A DNA stretch of 59,795 bases, the filler included, from Blastocystis sp. subtype 4 (Eukaryota): assembly GCF_000743755.1 (NCBI RefSeq). It is 2 parts of 2 records of this genome, joined end to end, with 100 filler letters (N's around TTAATTAATTAA, not from the genome) between each part and the next. Parts side by side here need not be neighbours in the genome. Positions count along the whole stretch, not along the records: positions 1 to 29,931 come from NW_014569428.1; 1 more part is not named here. One strand, written 5' to 3'. The notes beneath the pieces are model-generated. The model had not been told where the DNA came from. It was given only the letters and a program-made list of their open reading frames with translations, and made no database searches. The translations under genes were made by a program, and so were the position numbers. Below are positions 1-13,171 of the stretch, piece by piece (the stretch's first letter is position 1; every line of letters starts with the position of its first letter).

Positions 1-2024
1 TGTATCGAATCGATACAATCAATCCAGACACTTCATTCAATGAGGCAATGTTGAATGTCTTCTTGTACAACTGAATACGATTTGTAGAATCAGGGAATGT
101 GCCTCTAGCAGCTTGAGACCAACCTGATGTATCATCACCAAACCAATTGGTAGGCACTTCATCCATCTTATAATACCATTGTTCTAAAACACTGATAGAA
201 GGACGACGAAGATAGAAATTACTCTCATTATTCTCATTGCTGTCATATCGTCCTTTCAGAACCATCTCCTCTTCACCATCAGGAAGCATGTAGTACATGT
301 AATAATATGAACCAGAGTACCAATAGGTAGAAGTGGAATAAAAGGCAACATCAAATCGATCAACAGTGATACACAGATAATGAGTCCAATCGGTGCTGGC
401 ACTATGTGAATGACCTGATTCAATCTCGTAGAGAATGTTATCATTGGATGAGTCACGAATTCTGAAATACTCATTTTGAGGATTAGTCTTGTAAGTTCGA
501 ATGATCTTGTAGAGAGTTCCAGAACACTCAGTGAATGTAATAGTGAGTGTAGCAGTCACCGAAGGAGATGTAACGGTGGAAGTAACAGTATATGTCTGAG
601 TACTTGAAGCTGATGATGAACCAGAAATTGTACAAGTATTCGCATCAATACTCATACCATCAGGAAGAGAAGGAGAGATGGAACAACCATTGAAACCATA
701 AGTAGTGGGAGCAATCTCCACTTGCTCATAAGTATGGTAAAACTGATAGGTTGTCTGTGGATAGTCAATGGTAGTTGGATTACCATTGTTACAAACAAGG
801 AACTGAAGCTCATTCACATAGGTTGAAGTTGTTCCTGTCTTGTAAGAAGTCAAACGAAGACGCTGGAATGGTTTGGATGCAACTGCAACAGTCTCCCATT
901 GCCTCCATACACTGGAGGTATAAGAACCACCTTCTGTTTCTAGAATTGTAGTCCACGAACTCGATGAAGATACAGCTCCGTCTATCGTAAACTGAGTTGT
1001 GTGGTATGTAGTGCTGGTATATGGCCATATGCGAATACCATTCACAATTGGATAGGAAGGTCCCTCTAAATCCGCAGTTAGAGTACCAGAAGTGTAAGAA
1101 GAAGAGAAATAAGCATACGAGGAATAGGTCCAAGAAAAAGCATACGTAGGATTAGTGAAGCTGGTACCTGTTACAGATACCTCATTAGGAACAACAAAAC
1201 AAGGATTTGTATTGTCTATACCTGCATAGAAAGCGATAAATCCATTGAATTGAATGATTTCTGAGTAGCCTGTTGTATCAAAATGGACTTCAACAGCCAA
1301 CACACTTGAAGTACTCTCAGCCACAGTGGAAGGACGAGCTTCCTGTAGCCAATGTGGAGCTTGTAGGTTCTCCATCAGCCATGTTATCACGATACACTTC
1401 ATTTCCATTAATATAAGCAACAATTCCATAACGATACTTGAGTTGGAATTCAATAGCAGCCATTCCACTCAACCCAGCAAACGACTTACGGAAGTACTGA
1501 GTATCAGTTGCTGATGTACTAGTAGTTCCGAGTGAGACTTCTGTCCAATCACTATCTGAAAAACTGACATCCTTCCAGCCTGCTGAAGCACTTGCAGTGT
1601 ACTTCCAAGTGTCACCCTTGTTGATGGGAGAATACAGAGATAGTGGGACCTCCTCTGTTTTACTCGTCGTCATCATTCCCTTGAATACAAGGTTTTCGTT
1701 AATTCCATAGATCTCAAGCCAGGCTCCACTAGTCCAATAAGAGGTAGTATCATACATCCCAAGAGTGTACTGATTGTTTGTAGTCTGTTGAATACATGTT
1801 TCAATTGTTCGTTCTTCGGAGTTTGTGAGAGAAGGTGATTCGTAGAGCGCTGTTGTTCCAGACAGGATTGAAAAGGATTCTTGGCTTGCCGACGTGAGTG
1901 TCTTCTTAACAAACTTAATGTAGACTTGGCTGCTTGTGCAATCCACAGCAACCGTTATAGATACTACGAATAACTACTAAAGACTAATCTTACAAATCGC
2001 AGTTAGTAAAAGGAGATTATTCAT
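1..2024 (-). pseudogene. Large secreted/surface protein (signal peptide, galactose-binding-like and putative Ig modules), 5' part; frameshifted near 1340; runs off window edge
   Basis: ATG at 2024 (MNNLLLLTAI), 30-nt intron 1964-1993, then LSITVAVDCTSS...ATGS. That frame stops at 1317, but another frame (RPSTVAESTSSVLAVEVHF...LPDGMSIDANTCTISG...) is open from ~1337 to base 1. Could be a pseudogene or an assembly error. Confidence 0.65.
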
Positions 2025-3164
2025 TTACAAATAAATATGACAATCTAATTGTTCTGAAGACATTCACAAACAAAGAATTCTAATAGAATGTTTTGTGTGT
2101 GATCTCTAGATGCACTCGAAATACTCGATTCGCTTGCAGCAGCGAATATGTATTCACTAAGAATGAGAAAATGGAAAATGACTTGGATATGTGTCGGGAT
2201 AATGGAAGCTCCTATTTCAATTTGTTGGAGATAAGAGAAGTATTATCTTGGAAGAAGGGAGAAGATAATACACCAATCTAACGTGTTAGGTTTGTAGATG
2301 AGAATACAATCTTAATCACAACTGTCATGGTTTTCACTAGTAAATGACTATTGAAGTGTATGTAAGACCAATTCCACAATAAAAAACGAAAAGGGACTCA
2401 CTTTTGTTCGAAAAACACACTATTAAACACATTTGCGATGGTTTTCTAACAAATGTGTATGATACGTTTTACTCAGTCTTTTGCGACAGGTTTGTAACAA
2501 TCATATATCAGAAGAGATGACATGAACCGAACGCTTTTACCTATGCAACTGAGAGATACGAAGTTGTCCATGGGATTGAAGATTCATTGGGTGAACAGTT
2601 TCAATGTTCATCGAATCAGTAAAGTTAAAATGGTTGTATAGTAATCCAAAATATAATTAGTATAGTAAACACACTTCTTGTGTTTTCTCTTCGATTATAG
2701 CTGCTTGATAGCTATTATGAATGAGATGGTATGGGGCTCTAAACAGATATGCGATGTTCAAGCGACAGCGACTCTGAAAGGGAGAGCATAGAATCTGATG
2801 ATTAGCTCCTATCAACACAGAATCTGAGAAATACCACTTCTGGTTAAAGAATGATACAGTAATATAGAGATGACAAAGGTTCTGGATAATACGAGTTCAT
2901 TTAGTGTCTGCTTGTTGTAACTCTTTTGGATTTCATTGTCTGAGTATAGTATACCTTGGAATGTTCATAGGTCGTCTTATTGCAATGGTAGTTTTTTCAC
3001 TGTACTGCACTGTAACACTGGAAAATCGAATTTCTACAACCTTATTTACAATAGTCATTGAAATTTCTTGGAAGGTAGAAATAGTACCTGTGTGTCGTTT
3101 TTTTACCTTCTATCGATTGTACGGATTTCTCAAAAGGTATTGCACATTTCTTTTCATAAGAGCG

Positions 3165-5385
3165 ATGGACAAGTCAGGTATCATATTTGGATCCATTTGA
3201 AGCGATAGGTGGTAATGATGGCTGGACAATTGTGAAGCGTCATGATAAAAGTATGGGATTATCGAATTACACTTATTGAATAGAATCTTCTAAGCGCGAA
3301 TCCAGTGGTAGCTTGAGGGTTCAGGAGAATGATTTGTAGAATGGGTAGAGCAACCACCAGAAGAGAAACCGGCAAAGGAGATCGAGAAAAAACAGACACT
3401 CCTTCAACAATCTACTACTACCTTTAAGGAAGTTGTTGAAAGTGGTTTGCAGTCAATTCCACAATTGCTGGAAAAGCTCAATATGAAGCAGTTGCAAGAG
3501 GAACTGACACGCCGTTTAGATCGACTTCGTGATGCATCTGCTAGGAATAGCGAAGCGGAAGTGAAAGAAACCAATAAGGAGGTGTCGGAAATTCTTCAGA
3601 GGATGAAAGATTTGAGTGATCAACTGGAGAAAGAAATTCCCAGTAGTCTTGTGGTCGAATGGTGATTGTGTAGAGAAAGTATTGGAAATGACAACCAATG
3701 AGAAGCAAACAGTAACTTTGAAGAAGAAGAAGAGTAAGCGATCGAAGAAGACAACGGACCAGAAGGACGCGAAGTTAGGTAGGGTAGTGAATGAATTGAT
3801 TGTGAATTATTCATGTCTATTGCTAACCATCAGTATCTCGTTTAAGTCAAGAGAGTACTTCAGAAGAAGAGCTTGTAGAAAGTACCAAACCAACCTTCTA
3901 TCCTCATTCATTTACAATGCGTCCTTCTCAATTCGAGTGTGAAGATTTTGTTGGTAGTGATATGATGGGTAAGTTGCAGGAGGAGCGTTTCCGCGTAATA
4001 ATTCATTATTCATATCAACTTCAGGGTTTGTATAATTTCAGTATGATATATCTCATTGCTACAGTAACAGCTCTATGTGTATTCATAATCTCTATTCTTT
4101 CATTTTTAGGTGTATAATCTTATGCAACGAGGTTGGCTTGTTCATTTGTCTGCTGTTCTTTGTAAGAGAAGTATTTATGGAGCTATTCTTGCTGTTGGTT
4201 TGTCTGTTTGTATTCCCTCTCTCTATTTGTTTATTGTATAGTTATTCTGATTCAGTCTCATGTTTACTATGGTCTATGGAAACTGAAAGAACTTACGCAT
4301 ATGTCATATCCACTGTATTTCACGTATTACGCTCTCTGGCAATGTTTTTATGTGATGTTTAATGTATATATTATTTGGAATTCCATTATTCCGTACAATT
4401 TCATCAAGATGCTGATCTTTAGTCCTCTAACCTCAGTGTTACCTCTGATGCTTCTTGTAGTATTCGCTTTGAAAGGCCATTCATTTATCTTCACGAACTA
4501 TGGTCTGGAGAAACAATCCACAGAACATGTTCCCAACAGTTTCGGTCACTTCTGCTATTTCATGTACCATTGTTCTTCGTCTCTCATCTCTAGGGTGTGT
4601 CCTACTCTCCTCTATGAACTTGACTATCCTCGCACGACTACTATTCGATTGGGATACATTGTACGGACCTCAATGTATATGGTTGCTGCCTTTATTCTCA
4701 TGTATGTGATTATGATGCAAGTACTCTTCATACTCTTGGATTTACTGTAGTTCGTGTATCCTATTCTCTCCGACACACACACTTCTATGGTGTTCCGCAT
4801 TCTGCGTTGTTCTCTCTCTGCGTTGTTATTTCTTGTGTTAATGATCTGTAGATTTATCATTTGGTTGCTTCTATTCTTCTCTGTGTTCCATTGTCTGCTC
4901 AATATCCTGGCTGAAGTTACTATGTTTGGTGACCGTCTTCTCTATGAAGATTGGTGGAATGCAACCACAATTCTTGTCAGCTTTTGTTGTCTCAGTTATC
5001 CAATAGGAGTTCTGGAAGAAGTGGAACGGACCGATTCATTACTGGTGTCTGCGCCACGTCTATGTGGAGTCACAAGTGTATGGCAAAGCATCCAAGCCGT
5101 TTGCTTCGTTTGTGACGTTTTTAGTTTCCGGTATTGCTCATGAGCTTGTTTGTTCAGTGGCTTTCCGAAAGCCCTCCTTGTACTTCTTCATGGGCATGGT
5201 TGTTCAGGTGCCTCTGCAAGTGGTAAGTAAATACTTTGAAAATACCCGCATCGGTAATATCATTGTCTGGGTATCGCTCTTCCTTGGACAACCGCTGTTG
5301 GAAGTACGTATAAACGGTATCAAATTGATTATAGCTTTCCTACTGTCAAGACTGGTTTGTCCGTTATCCCAGTTTGTTCTGTTGA
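3165..5385 (+). CDS. DGAT1: Diacylglycerol O-acyltransferase 1 (MBOAT family), multi-exon
   Basis: PTLLYELDYPRT, FHCLLNILAEVTMFGDRLLYEDWWNA, WNGPIHYWCLRHVY, SGIAHE (catalytic His), GNIIVWVSLFLGQP; ~30-nt GT-AG introns; TGA 5383-5385; TGTTTGTT at 5398-5405. Confidence 0.9.
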
Positions 5386-5577
5386 ATATGTGATTGGTGT
5401 TTGTTATTTATGTACACACACATAATTGCAATCTTCGTACTCTTCAAAACTGAATCGTATTTCTAAGTGTTTTCTGGTATATAAATATATAATTTATACA
5501 ATATTAATTACTGGAATTGGGTCCACATCCACCTTATTCCCAATTGAATACCAATCCTTCATAATTCGTTCACAATC

Positions 5578-6297
5578 ATGAGTGATAATCCCTTTGAAGA
5601 CGGCTCTTCCGTAATTCTTGTCAGTACAATTTGATTTATAGAGTCCTGTCGCAAAAAGCAAAACGTTGCTCTAATGCTCGTAGACACTGATTTCTAGATC
5701 CTCCTCTAAGAATCCAATGGCCTCTGTAAAATCAATGGATATTGGCCGTGCGCTTTCGCAACTCCGTTGGATTAACATGTTGCTTGGTGTTATCATTATT
5801 GTCTTTAACATATTTGGTATTCTTGGTAATCTTCTCAACCCTGGAGTAATCCTGATGAACGCATTTTCTATTGTGTTCGCAGGCATCTTGTGCCTATATG
5901 AGATGCAAATGAAGAAACTAGGACAAAAGCTGAGAAGACTTTATGGTTTCCTCTACACCTATATTGGTCGTTCGTTGTATCTTGTCTTGTAAGTGTTTCT
6001 TTTGCTCTGTAATGTAGCTTGGGAACAATTCTATTCACAATCGATGCCTGGTACAACATCGTTCTGGGTATCATTATTATTTTGGATGCTGCTTACAATG
6101 TCCTTATTCTTTTCTGTCATCCTGCCTTCAAGAATGGCCAGCGTAAGATTACCGATGATCCCACGCAAAACTATACTGCTGGTGAGAGCGTAAGTGTCGA
6201 GTTGTCTTGTGATGAGTAGGAAATCACCAATATCATGAAGAATAACCCTGCTTTGGCCCAGAAGATGCTGGTTGGAGCGTCGAAACTTGCTCAATAA
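5578..6297 (+). CDS. COPI-associated/TVP15-like small Golgi membrane protein
   Basis: MSDNPFED start; several TM segments; LYGFLYTYIGRSLYL resembles the COPI_assoc motif; introns; TAA 6295-6297. Confidence 0.6.
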
Positions 6298-6326
6298 GCG
6301 ATATATTATGTTTGATAAGAAACACA

Positions 6327-7045
6327 TTAGAAACATCTACAAGGAGCGCCTTCTCGAGTGTAGGCATCGCAAAGTTGTTGTTGCGAGTACTGCTGAGAAG
6401 CCTTTTTGAAGCCAGCATACGCCTTCTGAGTCACATAGAAGGCCCATACTTGAATGGCAACACCGACCAGAGCGGACATTCCAGTATAAAGATCATAAGT
6501 GAACAGAGAAATAGCAGAGAAAATAGCACAAACAAGAGAAAAGACTCTCCAACAATAGTACTACAGGTAAACTGAAAAGAATATTCGTACACAGCAATAA
6601 CTACTGTCATCGAATTTGGTCAATCTAATGCCACAAATAGGAATATAGATGAGGATTAAGCCAACAATGGAGATACAATAACAAACTAACTCCACAATGG
6701 CATAAATGCTTGCAGCATGAGCGTAACCGAAAAACTCCATCATCTCATGAGTAACACTAGGATGGCATATGAACAACATGCCTACACAACATTTTGGGGA
6801 TTTTGTTGAACGTAGCCGGGCACATACATGGGCTGCGGTTGAGGATATGCCGGAGAAGCCTGAACAACAACCTGAGGTGTTGGATATGTGTTGACAGAAG
6901 CTACTCCATCAATGGGCTGAGGATAGTAGACTGGTGGCTGAGAATCAACCGTTGTTACAGGCACAGTATAGGCGGGATTCCTATATATGAAAAAGGTTTA
7001 TAACTAGAACCCTGGGTACATGGGATTAGCAGGAGAAGGATTCAT
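6327..7045 (-). CDS. Pro/Tyr/Gln-rich N-terminus multi-TM membrane protein, paralog A; ends CRCF
   Basis: Spliced exons: MNPSPANPMYP...PQPMYVPGY, FGYAHAASIYAIVELVCYCISIVGLILIYIPICG, ...DAYTREGAPCRCF*. Confidence 0.65.
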
Positions 7046-7161
7046 ATCTCTTTTCAAGTTTATATGAACGAATTGATAGAAACAGGTAGAGTCCCGTGGT
7101 TTATCATGAGATTCGGTTTATACGAAATGTTTAATCGAACCACTGTGATGAAACAAACATA

Positions 7162-7839
7162 CTAGAACAACTTACAACTAACATCCGATGTTTCATAGGC
7201 ATGCTGGAGGTCAGAACTGGCAACATTCTTATTCTTGTTCCAAATGTTATGAGCCTTGTATGTCAGATAGAAAATCCAGAATTGGATCAACACTTCAACA
7301 ACAGTAGTAATGAGAACCGACATAGAACTGAAGGATCCAAACAGGCTCAGAATGGAGAGGGCAAGCATAACAACTCTCCAAATGAAGAACTACTGATTAA
7401 TTTAGAACCATGAACCTACACAATGCATATCATCGTAACTCCATCTCTTTGTCACTCGTTGACCACAGATAGGCATATAGATGAATATTAAGCCGACAAT
7501 GGAGATGCAGAATAAGATCAACTCGATCAATGCATAGATGGATATCACCTTAGCATATCCGAACATGTCCTTCAAGTCGTTAGTAAGACTAGATTCAACA
7601 CTTCAGCAAAGCCCATACACGAAAGGCTGCGACTGAGGATTGTACGTGGGCTGAGGATATCCAGGCTGGGGATAGGCTACCGCGGGAGCATTCATGACTA
7701 ATGGCGCATTCGGATTCGTATTAACGTCTTGTTTCGTTGAAGGAACCTGAGGGAAACCTGCAGTATTGCTCATGACAAAATTATTTGTTGGTAATGAGAG
7801 AACCGTATCATTAACTGTTCCCGTGGTTATATTGGTCAT
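7162..7839 (-). CDS. Pro/Tyr/Gln-rich N-terminus multi-TM membrane protein, paralog B; ends CKLF
   Basis: Exons similar to paralog A (FGYAKVISIYALIELILFCISIVGLIFIYMPICG; HAYETSDVSCKLF*); start could be 7839 or 7773. Confidence 0.6.
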
Positions 7840-8159
7840 TTGAAAAACTGTATTCAGAACCGTCTCTAGCACACATGACTCTCCGTGTTGACTGAATTAT
7901 TCGGTTAATAAGAACTTTTCACATTTTCTTCTATTACTGTATCATTTGGGAACGCCATGATTTGCTTGTGACTTGGGTACCGTTCCTTTAAGGTATTCTG
8001 GAAACAACATAGTTTTGTTGATTTAATATCCTTGAACAATCACATTCTACTAGCTGTTTGCTGTAATGATAGAAAGCTATCTTCGTACAGGCCAATTGAA
8101 GTTGAACCATACCTGTTGATAATCAAGATTTCTCACACTATACATTCTGTTTTCAAAGA

Positions 8160-10269
8160 ATGACTGAGTACATCTTCTGGTTTGGAGATGATCCTCTGAC
8201 ACTCACTTTTTATGGAGATGAGAATATTCTATCAAAGAAGGAGGTGATTGAAGTGTCAGTTAATTATGATACTCATTTTTAGACATACCAGAGTCGTAAA
8301 TTAAATACACTAGGATTTTTCTCCAATTTTGATCAGCTTTCAATCGGGATTCCTCTTGTAAAGCAGAATGTAGATAAGAACACTGTTATTGTTGGCAAAT
8401 ATAAGATGTTAAAAGTCATTTTTGGTGATATGGTTTGTCCTGTGAAGTATTACACGAGTTTGCCATATCGTAGTATTATTGAAAATACGTTGACTCTACT
8501 GGGTCGGAAATGCCCCAGTAAGCGGCCTGATGATTATAGAATCAGAGTGAATGGACGGTTAGCAATTCACAACGAGGATGTGATTCATTATGACGGAATT
8601 CCTTTAGAAATGGACATTGAGTTGGAATATCATGGATCGAAAGTTCCGATACCACGATGGGTTGCTGCATCTGATGGGAAGCGTCACGATTCTCCAAAGT
8701 CACCTAGTCAGAACAATCCTTCTCTGCTAGTCAATCAACCACCTCCTATACCTGCCCATATGCCTAGTCATCCTCTTCCTATCTCTCAACCTATACCTCC
8801 GCTTCCTGTTTCTCAACCTACACCTCCTCTGCCTGTCTCTCAACCTACGCCTCCTCTGCCTGTTTCTCAACCTACGCCTCCTCTGCCTGTTTCTCAACCT
8901 ACACCTCCTCTGCCTGTTTCTCAACCTACACCTCCTCTGCCTGTCTCTCAACCTACACCTCCTCTGCCTGTTTCTCAACCTACACCTCCTCTGCCTGTTT
9001 CTCAACCTACGCCTCCTCTTCCTGTCTCTCAACCTACACCTCCTCTGCCTGTTTCTCAACCTACACCTCCTCTGCCTGTCTCTCAACCTACACCTCCTCT
9101 TCCTGTCTCTCAACCTACGCCTCCTCTGCCTGTTTCTCAACCTACACCTCCTCTTCCTGTCTCTCAACCTACACCTCCTCTTCCTGTCTCTCAACCTACG
9201 CCTCCTCTTCCTGTTTCTCAACCTACACCTCCTCTGCCTGTTTCTCAACCTACACCTCCGCTTCCTGTCTCTCAACCTACACCTCCTCTTCCTGTTTCTC
9301 AACCTACACCTCCTCTGCCTGTCCCTCTAGAACTTCCATTCAATCCACCTTCTACTATTCAACTTCCTCAATTCCCTTCTCAAGTCTCCACAGAAGAGCC
9401 TGTTTCAGCAACGTTATCTCCATCCATCCAAGTCTCGCAGATCCCATCCATCTCATTCAATCAATCAGTTCTTGATACCTCAACTCAGGACCCTCCAGTT
9501 AATGCTTCTCTTTCTGTTAGTCCTCTCATGGGCCAAACGAATGAGACTAATTTTGGAGAGTCTGACCGCGATCTTTCCGGGAGCTCGTTGACTCTTAGAT
9601 CTCTTCCAAGTCTTCATTCTCCTCCTTCTGGTCCCTCGTTGGAGTCACATTCTCCTGACGCAGAGCCAGTAGTGGTAAAAGCTGATTCGGGTTCCTCTCA
9701 ACCCACATCTCTCTTGCCACCTGTAACTACGTCTTTTGTGAATCCTGGTAGTATGAAGCCACCGTTTACTCTTTCATATGTATCTGTGATGGATTCTTAT
9801 GCCGGTATGGTCCCTGAGGACCCACCTATACCTCCTCCTTTTGGCAATTCTCTTCCTCAAGACATTCCCCCTCCTCCTTTAGGCAATCCTCTACCTCCTC
9901 CTTCAGATATTCCTCTTCCTCAAGACATTCCTCTTCCTCCAAACCCATTAGATGCGAATCCAGAAGCGAACTTATTCCCTCCTCCTCTATCACCCATAGC
10001 TAACTGTCTTCATATCAATGGAGTTTTTGGAGAAACAACGATTGAAATGAGACCATCAATGACTGTATATAATGTTCTAGCCATATATATAAATATGGTA
10101 TGAATAAATGAGGGATTTGATCATAGGGAACCAAGAAACCCTATAGAAAGGATGATAGAAGCAACTATACAATTCGTCGTAATAAAGACGGTATGATGTT
10201 AGAAGTGGGGACGCTGTTGAGCGCATTAGATATTAAAGAAGGTGAAACGATTACTATAGAGCGAAATTA
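8160..10269 (+). CDS. Proline-rich protein with ubiquitin-like-looking N- and C-terminal segments; stop probably completed by poly(A)
   Basis: ATG 8160 spliced into the 565-aa ORF. Last exon ...LSALDIKEGETITIERN is followed by TA (10268-10269), 4 nt, then TGTTTGCT. Confidence 0.6.
8772..9325 (+). repeat. 27-bp coding tandem repeat (~20 copies of PPLPVSQPT)
   Basis: Units CCTCCTCTKCCTGTYTCTCAACCTACR; variation is almost entirely at synonymous positions. Confidence 0.95.
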
Positions 10270-10307
10270 CCGTTGTTTGCTAACAAAGATATACATTCTA
10301 GAGTACA

Positions 10308-10980
10308 TTAAAAGGGTAATTCTATGATTGGATCACCAATATGAGGAATCTTGCAGAACTGATCAAACGAGATACTACCATCCTTCTCACTATATTTCAG
10401 ATATAATTTTGTAAAGTTACATTTCTAAAATTTGAAAAGTCTCATCTACGATGGAATTTAGCATCTCATCACTAAACACTTTGCCATATTGAAAGAACAT
10501 GGCTTCAGTGATACGCTTCAGTTCTTCACGAGAGATCTCATTATCTTGCTTCAGGTCATAGAACCTGAATAAGCCTAAGAATGATAACTCTCTTCCTTTT
10601 TCACATTGGAGCCGATCATCTGGCGGAACACGAGACGTCAAAAATGCTAAACACTTTACAAACTCGGTAAACACGATCTGACCATCACTATTCTTATCGA
10701 ACATAGAAAAGATCCTTTCGAAGAAAAAACCTTCCTTCATACCAACTAACTGGCGAAACTCTCTAATAATTACCTTCTGACAGAAAACCCCAACTGCTCA
10801 TCAATTACGCCATCATCGACTCTACTTGAACTGATACTCTTGAATGCATCATAAAGCATATAGATTTCCTCTTCTGTAACTACACTTCAATCGATAAAGT
10901 AAAACGATACACTTCGTTGTATCTTGTAATTCTTTCAATTCTCTTGGACGCAAATCCAGCTTTGCCTGCTGATTTCCCAT
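10308..10980 (-). CDS. Calcineurin B-like / neuronal calcium sensor EF-hand protein, N-myristoylation candidate
   Basis: MGNQQAK start; EF-hand loops DKNSDGQIVFTEF and DLKQDNEISREE; DDGVIDE in the first hand; short introns, including a stopless in-frame 30-nt one. Confidence 0.85.
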
Positions 10981-11019
10981 GGATCAAAAGAAAAGATAAA
11001 CAAACAGATTCTAAAAGAA

Positions 11020-12552
11020 CTACTGAAACAATAACCCAAGAGCATTAATTTCACCACCCATTTCGGCATACTCCCTCAAGGTGGAACAAACATCGCGCAT
11101 TACCCGAACATCATACTCAAATCCAAATAACTCCTGTTCTTCAATCCTATTCGCTGCCTCCTTTCGATTTTCTGGAGGTCGAACTGGAGCCGGACATCCT
11201 ACTGTCACTTGCTGAGCATCTCCTTGTAACGCTCGCGTTTCCAGTTGAATCCAATCATACCCACGAAAATATTCACTTGCCTTCACCTCCTCAACGTCAC
11301 CATCACCTGCACCTAAACGCTCCAGAGGGTCTTTTTTCAATAATCCTTGGAGTAAACTCACAAAAGATGGTGACAAATAATCAGGGTATGTTGGCTCCTC
11401 TTTCAATACACGTTGTCTTCGCTGCATTTTATCGCCGTCAAATGCAGGCTTCCCAACAGCACACTCATATAATACACACCCCACCTCCCACCAATCCAGT
11501 GAACGGTTGTAACCAATACTTGTAGCTGACATCTCTGGAGGTCGATACAGATCTGTTCCACAGAAACTGAAAGCACGACTTCGAGAAGACGAGAGAGTTT
11601 TGCTGAGACCAAAGTCGGCAAGTTTTGCGGCATGTTCAGTTAAGAGAAGATTCTCCGGTTTAATATCCCTGTGAAGAATATGATGGGAATGAAGAGCTCC
11701 CACTGCCAGGATTAGTGAAGCACTTACATCTTGCAGAGAAGGAGTATGGGTATCAGGAGAAGGATCTTTCAGAACCCCATGCCCTGATACCCAAGAATGC
11801 AGGTCTCCTCGCTCACAATACTCGAGAATATAGAACAACTCACAGCCTTCTCGGAATGCCATGATTAATTGAACAATGAAGATACAAGAACTCACCCGCT
11901 GCATTACCGTTCGCTCCTCAACAAACTGGCGTAAGAGAGATTCTCCTTCACCGCTTAAGATAATACGTTTCATGGCATACAATCGTCCATCACCTGAGTA
12001 GCGAACTAATTGTACAGTTCCGAAAGAACCATGACCAAGCTCACCCAGGATTTCAAAATCAGACAAATGAAGGGAAATACGAGAACTTTGAAGAAGAGAA
12101 CACCACATCTCACTTTCTTCTAGAGAAGTGAAGAAAATCGTTAGAGGATGCTCATGTGGAACTGTCAGACGGATAGACGAGGAAAACCCTTTTCGTCCAT
12201 GAACATTACGAACAATGGTACAATTACGAAGAGAAACAACACGCTTGATTTCTTCATGATCTGCCAAATCTGCGTATTCTGATAACTGGGATACAGATTT
12301 AGACAACAACCGTTGAGACACTTCCTTATCATAACATATTAAATACTCTGATTTGACAACAAATAAACGTTTGGATGTGATACCCAAACCGTAGCGACGT
12401 TGTTTCGGGAAAAACCCAAGAAGTACACAAGGTAGTTTTCGTAACAAACCATACGTTGCTTTCACTGAAGCTGGTGCATCCTTCTTCTTTGTTGGGAGAT
12501 CTACACTTAATCACGCTTTGAAGAGAAAGGCACTTGGAAACATTGGATTCAT
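11020..12552 (-). CDS. PH-domain AGC family Ser/Thr kinase
   Basis: GHGSFG, YAMK, HRDIKPEN, DFG, SFCGT, DWW, ERLGAG; PH-like N-terminal region ending EMWCSLL. Confidence 0.88.
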
Positions 12553-12769
12553 CCCTTCTTCATCCAAGATGTGAGCGAAAACAAAGAAAAGGGATGAGAA
12601 GATTGAAGACTACTATGGAATTGCGGAATCCAAGAATAGGAAATGAATTGCGTTAGCCCTTTTGGCATATGCAAATAACATCCTTGATAACAGTTGAGCA
12701 TTTATTCATAGTTCTCATGAACAGCGAAATTGTATTAACAGATAGTAGCTGAATCCAGGATAGAATTGA

Positions 12770-13171
12770 CACTAGATCCTGTGAAACAAACAGTATTACT
12801 CTCTCAGTGGAATGCAATTAAGCAGAAAATCGAACGGCAGAACCATCTGACTGATCGAATCAACAATGAGGTAGCGATGGTAAAAATGAATGACTCCTAG
12901 TATAAACAAATGGAAGAAAAGAAGGAGCAGGAACTAAAGAAAGCGTCAGTTACTATTTCTATGAAAGACGAGTTGTTATCAAAAACTGAGGTAAATGGCA
13001 ATCAGATTGTATGAAATCCAGATATCAGCTTCCAGTTCTCAATCTTCAACATTGATGAAAGAAGATAATCCCAAGGAAGCGAATTCATATATAAAAGACA
13101 CTAGCATCCCTCCAAAATCATTTTCAAGGCCGATAGATGAGGATGTGGATGAAGATGAAGACTTCTTTTGA
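12770..13171 (+). CDS. Small hypothetical coiled-coil/acidic protein (5' end unresolved)
   Basis: Two ~30-nt GT-AG introns join in-frame exons ending ...DEDVDEDEDFF*; TGA straddles the site 4 nt before TGTTGCTT. Confidence 0.4.

Noticed and set aside
8727..9302. 191-aa Arg-rich protamine-like ORF on the minus strand
   Set aside because: Antisense shadow of the 27-bp Pro repeat; variation is synonymous in the plus-strand frame.
8772..9325. Regular repeat array as possible CRISPR
   Set aside because: No unique spacers; an in-frame coding tandem repeat in a eukaryotic gene.
10308..12552. CBL next to a kinase as a CBL-CIPK module
   Set aside because: The kinase is PH-AGC type with no NAF-like motif seen; adjacency is unremarkable at this gene density.
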